Origin: Longimicrobiales bacterium
Lineage (GTDB): Bacteria > Gemmatimonadota > Gemmatimonadetes > Longimicrobiales > Gaopeijiaceae
Length of the DNA: 64,000 bases
Assembly: GCA_041690395.1 (NCBI GenBank)
Contig: JAWLHJ010000006.1
Coordinates: 70,530 to 134,529, forward strand
Direction of reading: 5' to 3'
Shown: in pieces, positions 1 to 9,196 of the stretch
Numbering within the stretch: the stretch's first letter is position 1
How the letters are laid out: each line of letters starts with the position of its first letter
Notes under the pieces: model-generated
Database searches by the model: none
Told to the model about the DNA's origin: nothing
The model's input: the letters and a program-made list of their open reading frames with translations, nothing else
Position numbers and translations under genes: made by a program

Positions 1-1
1 C

Positions 2-2329
2 GGCGACGGGCCTGAACGGCACGAGATAACGGAGCCGCTCGTCGATGGGCAGGAGCGCCATCGTCCGGCCGCCGGACTCGGTCCGGTGGGGCTGGTGGAG
101 GGTGTGCGGCTCGTGTCCGGCGACGAGGAAATGCCTGTCGTCGACGAAGGCGTAGCGGATGCCGGCGTCGACGAGATCGACCACGAGGTCGGGCTCCCAT
201 ACGCGTTCCGTCAGCCAGAGCCCGGCGGCCTCGACTCCGAACCGCCGCTCCACCCACTCCCTCATCCAGCCGATCTGCTCGACCCGCTCGGGCCGGGAGA
301 GCGCGGGGAGCACGGGCTCGTAAAGCCCAGACAGGAGGACGTCGAGCGAGTCCGCCGCGGCGAGCTCGCCGATGACGTCGAGGAGCTCGTGCCCCTCGCG
401 CTCCAGCCACTGGAGCAGGGGCCCGGACACGTGGAGCGTCAGCGGCAGGAGGTCGTGGTCGGCCATTCGTCGGAGGAAGGGCAGATACACGTCGTCCGTG
501 TGGCTCCGGAAGACCTCGTCGAAGTTGCCCACCGGCTGGTGCAGGTGCAGCCCGAAGACGAAGCCGACCGGGCCCCGCCCGCCGATGGAGCGCGGCTCGA
601 AGAACCGGTCGCTGAACCCGAGGGCCCGAGTGGCGGCGCGGATCGCGGGTGTGGCGTCCGCACCCAGACGTGGGAGCGCCCGCGCGACCAGGGACTGCGC
701 CGCCGTCACGACCCGCGGGTCTCCCGCCTCGGTGCCCCGGGCTCGGTGGGTGACCTCCCGCGACGTCGCCGGACCCGGCGCGCGGAGGAAGCGCCGCACC
801 GCGGTGAGGAGCGGCGCGTCGTGGACCGCTGCGCCCCTGAGGCTTACGTCCGTCACGCCTTCCGCCGGAGCCGGCGGCGCGCCCCGGATCCGCTCGTTCC
901 AGAGGCGCCGGCCGGTCCCCGCCTCGGGATCGTTGCTCCGTGCGTCCACCAGACGGGAGCGTAGGCGCTCCTCCCAACGTTCGGCGGCGGCGGTGGAGCG
1001 CTCGCCCAGACGCCGGACCCCGTCGAGCGCATGCGCCGCATAGCGCAGCACCTGGAGCGGTTCGAGACCGGCCAGGTCGTCGAAGAACCAGCCGCAGGAC
1101 GTGAACATCCGGAGCGCGTCGCGCTCGATCTCGAGCAGCGTCAGCGCCCGCGTGACCTCGTCGTCCGAGAGCGCCTCACGCGCGTGCCCTCTCGCGAGCT
1201 CGCGTCGCGCCGGCACCCCGGCGTCGAGAACGGAGCCGTAAAGGTCGCGGACCGCCCAGGGGTCATCGAAGAAGCGAGCGGCCTCCGACTCGTAGAGCGC
1301 GTGCAGATCCGCGGCCAACTCGTCGAGCGCGTCCCGGAGCACGGGCCTCCACGCCTGCTGAGTCTTCTGGTGCGGCGCCATCTTGCAGCCGCACTCCGCC
1401 CGCCACCGGTCGACGCCGTGGGCGCACGACCACGAGCTGGGCTCGACGAGCACGACATCCTCGGTCGGCTCGCTCCGGCTCAGGAACGCAGCATACCCCT
1501 CGAGCCGTACCCGCCCGCCGGCCTCCAGACCGGTGAGCGTCGCGGCCAGCGCCATGTCCGCCCAGCGATGGTGGTGCCCGAACGTCTCACCGTCCGTCGC
1601 GAGCGATACCAGGCGGGCGCCCGGCTCCTCCGACCGCTGGATCACGCCACGGATCCACGCGTCGGCGTTGCCGAGGAGCGACCCGAACGCGACCCCGTGA
1701 GACAGCCCACCGTCGTAGACGAACACCGCGATCGAGCGCCCGCCGGGCAGGGACACCCGCCCGGGCAACCCGTGGCGTGGCGCCTCTTCGACCTGGCCGG
1801 GCGCCAGGACGGTGAACGCGATCCCCTCCTCGGCCAGCACCTCCAACGTCTCGGTGTCGACCGCGGTCTCCGGAAGCCACATGCCCTCGGGATCCCGACC
1901 GAACCGGCTGCGGAAGTCGGCGATCCCCCAGCGCACCTCGGTGACCTTCTCGCGGCGCGAAGCGAGGGGCAGGATGACGTGATGATACGGGGCGGCCAGC
2001 GCGTTGCCGAAGCCCGTGCGCTCCAGGCTGCGCCGGTCCGCCTCGAGGAACGCGGCATACGTGGCGGGCGCCTCCCGGGCGAGCCAGCGCAGGAGGGTCG
2101 GCCCGGCGTCCCAGCTCATCCACTCGAGCGTGTTGACGACGTCCCGGATCCGTCCTTCCCCGTCGAGCACGCGTGCTTCCGTGACCGGCCGGTAGCACTC
2201 GGCCAGGATCCGCTCGTTCCAGTCGTGGTAGGGCGCCGCCGATGCCTCGCGCGGCACGCGGTCTGTTCTCGGATCTTCTCTCGGGGGTTGGTAGAAGTGG
2301 CCGTGCACGACCACCGAAGGACGGGTCAC
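2..2329 (-). CDS. Tandem GH57 fusion: N-terminal DUF3536-type GH57 glycoside hydrolase plus a second GH57 alpha-amylase/4-alpha-glucanotransferase-like domain (3' end outside window)
   Basis: Not in the ORF track because the frame stays open to the window edge. GTG at 2329 overlaps the glgA stop (GTGA). Manual translation gives VVVHGHFYQPPRE, GMWLPETAVD, ATDGETFGHH and MFTSCGWFFDD, then in the same frame FGLHLHQPVGNFDEVF and LWLTERVWEP. Confidence 0.85.
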   Translation of the reverse strand, partial: MTRPSVVVHGHFYQPPREDPRTDRVPREASAAPYHDWNERILAECYRPVTEARVLDGEGRIRDVVNTLEWMSWDAGPTLLRWLAREAPATYAAFLEADRRSLERTGFGNALAAPYHHVILPLASRREKVTEVRWGIADFRSRFGRDPEGMWLPETAVDTETLEVLAEEGIAFTVLAPGQVEEAPRHGLPGRVSLPGGRSIAVFVYDGGLSHGVAFGSLLGNADAWIRGVIQRSEEPGARLVSLATDGETFGHHHRWADMALAATLTGLEAGGRVRLEGYAAFLSRSEPTEDVVLVEPSSWSCAHGVDRWRAECGCKMAPHQKTQQAWRPVLRDALDELAADLHALYESEAARFFDDPWAVRDLYGSVLDAGVPARRELARGHAREALSDDEVTRALTLLEIERDALRMFTSCGWFFDDLAGLEPLQVLRYAAHALDGVRRLGERSTAAAERWEERLRSRLVDARSNDPEAGTGRRLWNERIRGAPPAPAEGVTDVSLRGAAVHDAPLLTAVRRFLRAPGPATSREVTHRARGTEAGDPRVVTAAQSLVARALPRLGADATPAIRAATRALGFSDRFFEPRSIGGRGPVGFVFGLHLHQPVGNFDEVFRSHTDDVYLPFLRRMADHDLLPLTLHVSGPLLQWLEREGHELLDVIGELAAADSLDVLLSGLYEPVLPALSRPERVEQIGWMREWVERRFGVEAAGLWLTERVWEPDLVVDLVDAGIRYAFVDDRHFLVAGHEPHTLHQPHRTESGGRTMALLPIDERLRYLVPFRPVA

Positions 2330-3864
2330 GCCGTGCCTCCGGCGGAGGCTTCGTCCGCACGGACCCGCGCCCGGTGCTCGGACGCGATGCGGTACACGTC
2401 CGCGTACGCGGCGGCCGATCGGTCCCAGCTGAAGTCGCGGGCCATGGCCGTACGCACCCGCTCCTCCCAGGAGTCGCGGTGCCCGTACAGATCGATGGCG
2501 TACTTCACGGCCTCCTCGAGCGCCCACGGCTGATACTCGTCGAACAGGAAGCCGGTGATCCGGTCCTCGACGGTGTCGGCCAGGCCGCCGACGCGCCGCA
2601 CCACGGGGAGCGCACCGTAGCGCTGCGCGCGCATCTGCGTCAGACCGCACGGCTCGTACAGCGAAGGCATCAGCAGGAAATCCGCGGCCGCGAGCAGCTT
2701 GTGCTCCCGCTCCTCGGTGAAGGCGAAGCTGTATCCGATCCGGTCCGGGGCCTTGGCCGCCAGGGCAGCGATGGCGTCCTGGTAGCGGTCCTCGCCCTCC
2801 CCGAGGAAGGCCCACTGGGCGTCGAGCCGGGGGATCATCTCCGCGCCGAGAATGAGGTCGAGCCCCTTCTGCTCCACCAGCCGCGCGCTCATCGCGAAGA
2901 GGGGCGTGTCCGCGTCCGGCGTGAGTCCGAGCACGTCCTGGAACCACACCTTGCACCGCGCCTTGCCCGAGAGGTCGTCCGCCGAATAGCGCGCCTCGAT
3001 CGCCGGGTCGGTCTCCGGGTCCCAGACCTCGTAGTCGATCCCGTTGAGGATGCCCACGAACCGGTCCTGAAGGAGATTGAAGGTGTCGTGGAGGCCGAAG
3101 CCGCCGGTGCGCGTGCGCAGCTCGTGCGCGTGCGTCGGACTCACCGTGGTCACCATGTCGGCGAACACGAGCCCGCCCTTGAGCAGGTTCACCTTCCCGT
3201 ACCACTCCATCCGGTCCATGGTGAACAGCCCCGGGTCGAGCCCGAGCTCCGTCAGCACCTCGGGGCCGTGGTGGCCCTGATAGCCGGCGTTGTGGACCGT
3301 GATGACCGAGGGGATGGCGTCGTAGTAGGCGTCGCCGGCGTGCGCGGTGCGCAGGAGCACGGGCGCCAGCGCGGTGTGCCAGTCGTGCGGATGGATCACC
3401 GGGGGCGACGGCGACACGGACGGGAGTCGGTCGAGCGCGGCCCGGCAGAAGAACGAGAAGCGCAGGTGGTTGTCCGGGTAGTCGCCACCGTCACCGTATA
3501 GCCCGGGGCGGTCGAAGTAGCCCTCGTGCTCCACGAAGTAGATCCTGGGCGCGCCGTTCGCTACCCCGTGGTCGCGGAAGAGCCTCGCCCGCTCCACGCC
3601 CTTCGCCGTGGGCACGTCGAAGGCGTCGCCCTCCGGGCGGAGGTCCGCGCCCGCCTCCCTCACCCTGCGGTAGAGCGGCATGATGACCGCGACGTCGCGC
3701 CCGGCTTTCGCCTGATAGGTCGCGATGCCGCGGACCGCCTCGGCGAGCCCGCCGGTGCGCGCGTACGGCCAGTACTCGGTCGCGAGGTGGACGACCGGAC
3801 GGGCACCCTCGAGATCGGGCGTCGCGTGGGCCCCGGAGCCGGGGTCTGTCTTCCTGGAAGGCAT
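2326..3864 (-). CDS. glgA: Glycogen synthase (GT5)
   Basis: EYWPYARTGGLAE, HPHDWHTAL, TVHNAGYQG, GILNGIDY, RLVEQKG and MPSLYEPCGLTQM motifs. The ORF-track extension to 5346 is antisense to glgB; ATG 3864 chosen. Confidence 0.93.
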   Translation of the reverse strand: MPSRKTDPGSGAHATPDLEGARPVVHLATEYWPYARTGGLAEAVRGIATYQAKAGRDVAVIMPLYRRVREAGADLRPEGDAFDVPTAKGVERARLFRDHGVANGAPRIYFVEHEGYFDRPGLYGDGGDYPDNHLRFSFFCRAALDRLPSVSPSPPVIHPHDWHTALAPVLLRTAHAGDAYYDAIPSVITVHNAGYQGHHGPEVLTELGLDPGLFTMDRMEWYGKVNLLKGGLVFADMVTTVSPTHAHELRTRTGGFGLHDTFNLLQDRFVGILNGIDYEVWDPETDPAIEARYSADDLSGKARCKVWFQDVLGLTPDADTPLFAMSARLVEQKGLDLILGAEMIPRLDAQWAFLGEGEDRYQDAIAALAAKAPDRIGYSFAFTEEREHKLLAAADFLLMPSLYEPCGLTQMRAQRYGALPVVRRVGGLADTVEDRITGFLFDEYQPWALEEAVKYAIDLYGHRDSWEERVRTAMARDFSWDRSAAAYADVYRIASEHRARVRADEASAGGTA

Positions 3865-3911
3865 GGGCGCGGCTCGCTGGCGGTGGACCCGGGAAAGGCG
3901 ATGCCACAACA

Positions 3912-3935
3912 TACACTCCCCCGAACACGAGTTCG
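3912..3935 (+). promoter_or_regulatory. Divergent glgA/glgB promoter region: TACACT -10-like hexamer followed by a CGAAC-N4-GTTCG palindrome
   Basis: TACACT at 3912-3917 and CGAACACGAGTTCG at 3922-3935, inside the 123-bp intergenic gap. Confidence 0.35.
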
Positions 3936-3987
3936 ACCGTCCGGGCAGCACTCCGCACGCTTCGTTACCGACAGCCCCGGAGCATCC

Positions 3988-6186
3988 GTGACCCCCGTAT
4001 CCTCCGAAGTCGCCGCCGCGCTCGCCGACGGAACGCTCGCCACGCCCTTCGACGTGCTCGGTATCCACCCGGCCGACGCCGGCCGAGGCAAGGTCGTTCG
4101 CGCGTTCGTCACCTGGGCCCGCTCGGTCGCCGTCGTGCGTGACGGCGAAAGCTCGCCCATGCGAAGGCTGCACGAGGCCGGGCTGTTCGAGGCGGACTTC
4201 CCGGACCCAGACTTCTTCCAGTACCGACTCGCGGTCGAGGACGAGGAGGGGCGTGTATGGGAGCTCGAGGACCCGTACCGCTTCGGCCCGGTCGTGAACG
4301 AGACGCGGGTCCGGGCCTTCCTCGAGGGACGCGAGCACCGGGTTCATCAGGTACTGGGATCGCGCCCCCTGACCCATGAAGGCGTCAAGGGCACGGCATT
4401 CGCCGTCTGGGCACCGCACGCCCGGGCCGTCGCCGTCATGGGCGACATGAACGGCTGGGACGGCCGGTGCCACCCGATGCGACCGAGGGGGGACACCGGC
4501 GTCTGGGAGCTCTTCATTCCCGGCGTCGGTGCAGGCGCGCGGTACAAGTACCGCATCGTGGACGCGCGCGGCACAGTCCTCGAGAAGGCCGACCCGTGCG
4601 GCCGAGCCGTCGAGCTGCGCCCCGCCACGGCGTCGGAGGTGTGGACCGAGGGCGGCTACCGTTGGGGGGACGGGAAGTGGATGGAGCAGCGGGAGCGTTG
4701 GAACGCCGACGACGCGCCGATCTCCGTCTACGAGGTTCATCTCGGCTCCTGGCGGCGACGTCCGGGCCGTGCGCCTCAGGATCCGGGGTGGTACGGGTAC
4801 CGCGAGCTCGCCGACCGGCTCGTCCCCTACGCGGCGGAGATGGGGTTCACGCATCTCGAGCTGCTCCCGGTCGTGGAGCACCCGCTCGACCAGAGCTGGG
4901 GGTATCAGCCGCTCGGCTTCTTCGCGCCGACCTCCCGCTTCGGGACACCCGACGATTTCCGTTACTTCGTGGACCGGGCCCACCAGGCGGGACTCGGCGT
5001 CATCCTGGACTGGGTGCCGGGTCACTTCCCGGAGGACGCCCACGGGCTGGTCCGCTTCGACGGGACGCCGCTCTACGAGCACGACGACCCCCAACAGGCC
5101 CGCCACCCGGACTGGGGAACCCTGACATTCGGCTTCGAGCGCCCCTCGGTCCGCGCCTTCCTGATCTCGAGCGCGCTGCACTGGCTCGAGGACTACCATA
5201 TCGACGGTCTGCGCGTGGACGCCGTGGCGTCGATGCTCTACCTCGACTACTCGCGGAAGGACGGCGAGTGGACGCCGAACGAGCACGGCGGAAGGGAGAA
5301 CCTGCACGCCGTCACCTTCCTGAAGGACCTCAACGACGCGGTCCACGCCGCGTGCCCGGGCACGCTCATGATCGCCGAGGAGTCGACGTCATGGCCACAG
5401 GTCTCGCACGGAACGGACCGTGGCGGGCTGGGCTTCGACCAGAAGTGGAACATGGGGTGGATGAACGACACCCTGGAGGCCATGGAGACGGACCCCCTCT
5501 TCCGGAAGTACCGCTACGACCGGTTCACCTTCTCGCTCCTGTACGCGTTCAGCGAGCGCTTCGTGCTGCCGCTCTCCCATGACGAGGTCGTGCACGGCAA
5601 GCGCTCGCTCCTGTCGAAGATGCCGGGTCCGGACGAGGAGAAGTTCGGCAACCTGCGGGCGCTGTACGGGCTGCAGTGGGGGCATCCCGGGAAGAAGCTG
5701 CTCTTCATGGGCGGGGAGATCGCGCAGTGGACCGAGTGGGCCGTGGACGGCGATCTCGACTGGGCGCTGCTCGACTTCGACGCGCACGCCGGCATCCGGC
5801 TCCTGGTGGGAGACCTGAACCGGCTCTACCGGGGTGAGCGCGCCCTCCACGCGCAGGACTTCCACCCGAACGGCTTCGAATGGCTCGACTGCACGGACCC
5901 CGATCGGGTGATCCTCTCGTGGGTCCGGTGGGAGCCAGAATGGAAGAGCTACGTCGCAGTCGTGGTGAACCTCACCCCGGTACCGCGACCGGACTTCAAG
6001 CTCCCGGTACCGTTCTCGGCCCGACACCGCGTGCTCCTGAACACCGACGCCCCGGTGTACGGGGGGAAGGGCGATCCCTTCGTGCCCCCGGAGCTGGACC
6101 CCCGCCCCGAGCGCTACCAGGGACGCGAGCAGGTCGTCGATCTCCCGCTGCCGGGCCTGTCGGCCGTCTTCCTCAAACCGGTGTAG
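3988..6186 (+). CDS. glgB: 1,4-alpha-glucan branching enzyme (GH13_9)
   Basis: FAVWAPHA, YEVHLGSW, SWGYQP, ILDWVPGHFP, GLRVDAVASM, IAEEST and LSHDEVVHGK. GTG 3988 with GGAG upstream. Confidence 0.95.
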   Translation: MTPVSSEVAAALADGTLATPFDVLGIHPADAGRGKVVRAFVTWARSVAVVRDGESSPMRRLHEAGLFEADFPDPDFFQYRLAVEDEEGRVWELEDPYRFGPVVNETRVRAFLEGREHRVHQVLGSRPLTHEGVKGTAFAVWAPHARAVAVMGDMNGWDGRCHPMRPRGDTGVWELFIPGVGAGARYKYRIVDARGTVLEKADPCGRAVELRPATASEVWTEGGYRWGDGKWMEQRERWNADDAPISVYEVHLGSWRRRPGRAPQDPGWYGYRELADRLVPYAAEMGFTHLELLPVVEHPLDQSWGYQPLGFFAPTSRFGTPDDFRYFVDRAHQAGLGVILDWVPGHFPEDAHGLVRFDGTPLYEHDDPQQARHPDWGTLTFGFERPSVRAFLISSALHWLEDYHIDGLRVDAVASMLYLDYSRKDGEWTPNEHGGRENLHAVTFLKDLNDAVHAACPGTLMIAEESTSWPQVSHGTDRGGLGFDQKWNMGWMNDTLEAMETDPLFRKYRYDRFTFSLLYAFSERFVLPLSHDEVVHGKRSLLSKMPGPDEEKFGNLRALYGLQWGHPGKKLLFMGGEIAQWTEWAVDGDLDWALLDFDAHAGIRLLVGDLNRLYRGERALHAQDFHPNGFEWLDCTDPDRVILSWVRWEPEWKSYVAVVVNLTPVPRPDFKLPVPFSARHRVLLNTDAPVYGGKGDPFVPPELDPRPERYQGREQVVDLPLPGLSAVFLKPV

Positions 6187-6240
6187 GCGCGAGCTCGCGG
6201 CCAGCCGGCGCGCGAACCGCGTGGCCGGCCCGGCGGTTCG

Positions 6241-8451
6241 TCAGTCTCCGGACTCCTCGGCGGCGAACGCCGGGGTGACATCCCCGAAACCCTCGGTCGG
6301 CGGATCGTCGTTCTCGAGCGTGCCGGACAGCGCGGGCACGTAGAAGCGCGTGGCGTAATCCTCGACCATGCGCCGGGCGGTGAAGCGCTGGGCCGCGACG
6401 CGCAGGGCGTGCTTCATGTACTGGACGAAGCCGTGGGGCACCCCGTCCTCGTCCTGGTCGTAGAAGAGCGGCACGACCTCGCGCTCGAGGATGCCGAAGA
6501 GCGCCTCGTGATCCTGCTGGTCGACCTCGGCCTCGGTCCCCTCGGCGCGCGGCAGCGCCCAGCCGTTGTCCCCGGTGAAGCCCTCGGCCCACCAGCCGTC
6601 GAGCGTGCTCAGGTGCGGCACGCAGTTCAGGGCGGCCTTCATGCCGCTCGTGCCCGACGCCTCCATGGGCGCTCTCGGGGTGTTGAGCCACACGTCCACG
6701 CCCTGCACGAGGCGATGCGCGACGTGGAGCTCGTAGTCCTCGATGAAGGCGATGCGCCCTTCGAAGCGCGCGTCCCGGGTGGCCTGCCACACCTTCTGGA
6801 GGACCTTCTTCGCGGTGTCGTCCGCGGGGTGTGCCTTTCCGGCGAACACGATCTGCACGGGGCGGCGCGGGTCCGTGAGCAACCGGGCCAGCCGCTCCTC
6901 GTCCATGAAGAGCAGGTGGGCCCGCTTGTAGGTCGCGAACCGGCGCGCGAAGCCCAACGTGAGGGGCTGCGGGCCGAGGAGGGTCCCGCCGCCGACCAGA
7001 TGGGCGGCCTCCTTCCAGATCTCGCGCCAGCGGGTCCGCGACTCCTCACGGCAGAAGTCCAGCAGCCGCTTTTTGAGCTCGACGTGCACTTCCCACACCT
7101 TCCGGTCGTCGAGCTCCAGCACCCCGTCCCACATGGCCGGGTCATCGACGCGGCCGCCCCAATCCGCCCCCAGATGGTCGTCGAGGAGCTCCATGTACCG
7201 ATGGGACATCCAGGTGCCCAGATGGACACCGTTGGTGACCCCTTCGATGGGCACGTGCGCGGCGTCGCGTCCGGGCCAGAGGCAGCGCCAGAGCTCGCGC
7301 GTGACGTCCCGGTGGAGCATGGACACGCCGTTCACGTGTCCCGCGAGGCGGATCGCGGCCGCGGTCATGTGGAAGCGTCCGTGATCGATCTCGGGATGAT
7401 GGCCGATCGCCCGGAATCGCTCCCGGTCCATGTCCAGCGTTTCGTGGTACGATCCGCACACGGAGTCGATGAGCTCCGGGGAGAACATGTCGTGGCCCGC
7501 CGGAACCGGCGTGTGGGTCGTGAACACGGTGCGACTCCGCACGTCGCGAGTCGCCTCGGACAGGCTGGCCCCGTCCGAGATGCGCTCACGGAGTCTCTCG
7601 ACCATCATGAACGTGGCGTGTCCCTCGTTGGCGTGCCACGCCCCGGGGGCGATCCCGAGCGCACGAAGCACTCGCACCCCGCCGACGCCGAGGATCCACT
7701 CCTGCTTCAGCCGGTGCTCCTGGCCGCCGCCGTAGAGCTGGTACGTGAGCTCCCGGTCCTCGGGATCGTTCTCGGGAAGATTCGTGTCGAGCAGAATGAG
7801 GCTGGCGCGGCCGACGGCCAGCTTCCAGGCGCCGATGGCGACGTCACGCCCGCCTGTCCTGAGGACCGTCAGCGCGGTCTCACCATGAGCCCCCGAGAGC
7901 CGCACGAGCGGCATGATGCGGGGGTCGAACGGCTCCTCCGAGCCCTGCTGCCACCCCTCGAGGTTCAGGTGTTGATCGAAGTACCCCTTCGAGTAGAGGA
8001 GGCCGACGCCGACGAACGGTACGCCCAGGTCCGAAACCGCCTTGCAGTGGTCACCGGCGAGGACGCCGAGCCCGCCCGAGTAGATCGGGATGGAGTTGTG
8101 CAGCCCGAACTCGGCGCAGAAGTACGCCACCGGCGCGGAACCCGCGTCGGGGAAGGTGTTCCGGAACCACGTGTCCTCGGACGTCAGCGCGTGCTCGATC
8201 TCGGCCGACACACCGTCGAGCTTCGCCAGGAAGTTCGGGTCACGGGCCAGTTGAGCGAGCCGACCCGGATCCATCTGACGGAGGAGCGCGACCGGGTTGT
8301 GCCGGAGCGCGGACCAGAGCACCGGATCCAACTCGTTCCTGAGGAAGCTCCGTGCACGGCGGTTCCACCGCCAGAGCAGGTTCAGGGAAAGCCGCTCGAG
8401 GTCCTTCAGGCGCTCGGGCAGGAAGGGGATCTTGCTGCTGGTGTCACTCAT
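6241..8451 (-). CDS. glgP: Alpha-glucan (glycogen/maltodextrin) phosphorylase (GT35)
   Basis: YSGGLGVLAGDH, HANEGH, FTTHTPVPAGHD, FARRFATYKR and PLP-lysine motif EASGTSGMKAALN. Confidence 0.95.
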   Translation of the reverse strand: MSDTSSKIPFLPERLKDLERLSLNLLWRWNRRARSFLRNELDPVLWSALRHNPVALLRQMDPGRLAQLARDPNFLAKLDGVSAEIEHALTSEDTWFRNTFPDAGSAPVAYFCAEFGLHNSIPIYSGGLGVLAGDHCKAVSDLGVPFVGVGLLYSKGYFDQHLNLEGWQQGSEEPFDPRIMPLVRLSGAHGETALTVLRTGGRDVAIGAWKLAVGRASLILLDTNLPENDPEDRELTYQLYGGGQEHRLKQEWILGVGGVRVLRALGIAPGAWHANEGHATFMMVERLRERISDGASLSEATRDVRSRTVFTTHTPVPAGHDMFSPELIDSVCGSYHETLDMDRERFRAIGHHPEIDHGRFHMTAAAIRLAGHVNGVSMLHRDVTRELWRCLWPGRDAAHVPIEGVTNGVHLGTWMSHRYMELLDDHLGADWGGRVDDPAMWDGVLELDDRKVWEVHVELKKRLLDFCREESRTRWREIWKEAAHLVGGGTLLGPQPLTLGFARRFATYKRAHLLFMDEERLARLLTDPRRPVQIVFAGKAHPADDTAKKVLQKVWQATRDARFEGRIAFIEDYELHVAHRLVQGVDVWLNTPRAPMEASGTSGMKAALNCVPHLSTLDGWWAEGFTGDNGWALPRAEGTEAEVDQQDHEALFGILEREVVPLFYDQDEDGVPHGFVQYMKHALRVAAQRFTARRMVEDYATRFYVPALSGTLENDDPPTEGFGDVTPAFAAEESGD

Positions 8452-8541
8452 CGATTGCACGTCCGTGACCCGCGAGCGGGTCTTGTTGGCGGAGGGGGCC
8501 GTAGAATTTCGTGGCCACCGGGCCCGATGTGAAGCCCGACC

Positions 8542-9060
8542 TTACCGCCCGCCGCCCACCGCGTTCAGGATCGATGACAAGGGGATCTTCAGGAACTCGG
8601 GCGGACTCCGCGGCTGAGTATTGTCGTCACTGAAGAGATCCGCCGTGAACAGGGCGTAGATGCCCGCGACGGCCACCACCGCCACCCCGGCGGCGAAAAG
8701 CGACCGGTTCCTGGACAGCGTCCGTACCCCGACCTCCCGCACATCCGCCCGGGGCACGCGGACCGTGTCCGTCACCGTACCGCTTCCGTATCCGAGCCGG
8801 CGCGAATCGAGCTCCACCTGGAGCATGATGTCCTGGGTGGTGCTCGACAGGACGCTCCCGGTGAGCTCCGAGAACGGTATCGCCCGGGTGGCCTGCAGCC
8901 GGTCCTGCCCGGCCCCGGTCAGTTCGACCTTCACCTGCTCGCCGATGCTCGGCGCCGGCGCCTGGACCGGCTCGTAGCGGTAGCAGCCCGCGGCAAGTGT
9001 GACGAGCAGGCCCGGCAGCGCCACACGGCGCATGAGCCTTCCGACATTGGTTCGAGCCAT
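8542..9060 (-). CDS. Hypothetical lipoprotein with C-terminal hydrophobic segment
   Basis: Signal peptide with lipobox (LAAGC) and a C-terminal hydrophobic helix; GGAG upstream of the start. Confidence 0.65.
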   Translation of the reverse strand: MARTNVGRLMRRVALPGLLVTLAAGCYRYEPVQAPAPSIGEQVKVELTGAGQDRLQATRAIPFSELTGSVLSSTTQDIMLQVELDSRRLGYGSGTVTDTVRVPRADVREVGVRTLSRNRSLFAAGVAVVAVAGIYALFTADLFSDDNTQPRSPPEFLKIPLSSILNAVGGGR

Positions 9061-9136
9061 CGAGCAACTCCTGGTTCGACGAGAAACGCGCTCTACTCGA
9101 GCTGGAACGATCGAGCATCACATAATGATACCCGAA

Positions 9137-9165
9137 CGGCCCCCCGGCGATTCGCCGGGGGGCCG
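9137..9165 (-). terminator. GC-rich hairpin downstream of susD
   Basis: CGGCCCCCCGGCGA-T-TCGCCGGGGGGCCG inverted repeat about 30 nt after the susD stop; weak U-tract. Confidence 0.55.
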
Positions 9166-9196
9166 CGGGTTTCGACTCACGAAGAGTCGTTTGCGA

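Noticed and set aside
3865..5346. Apparent 1006-aa glycogen synthase with a long N-terminal extension
   Set aside because: The extension is the antisense frame of glgB; GlgA homology starts near 3864.
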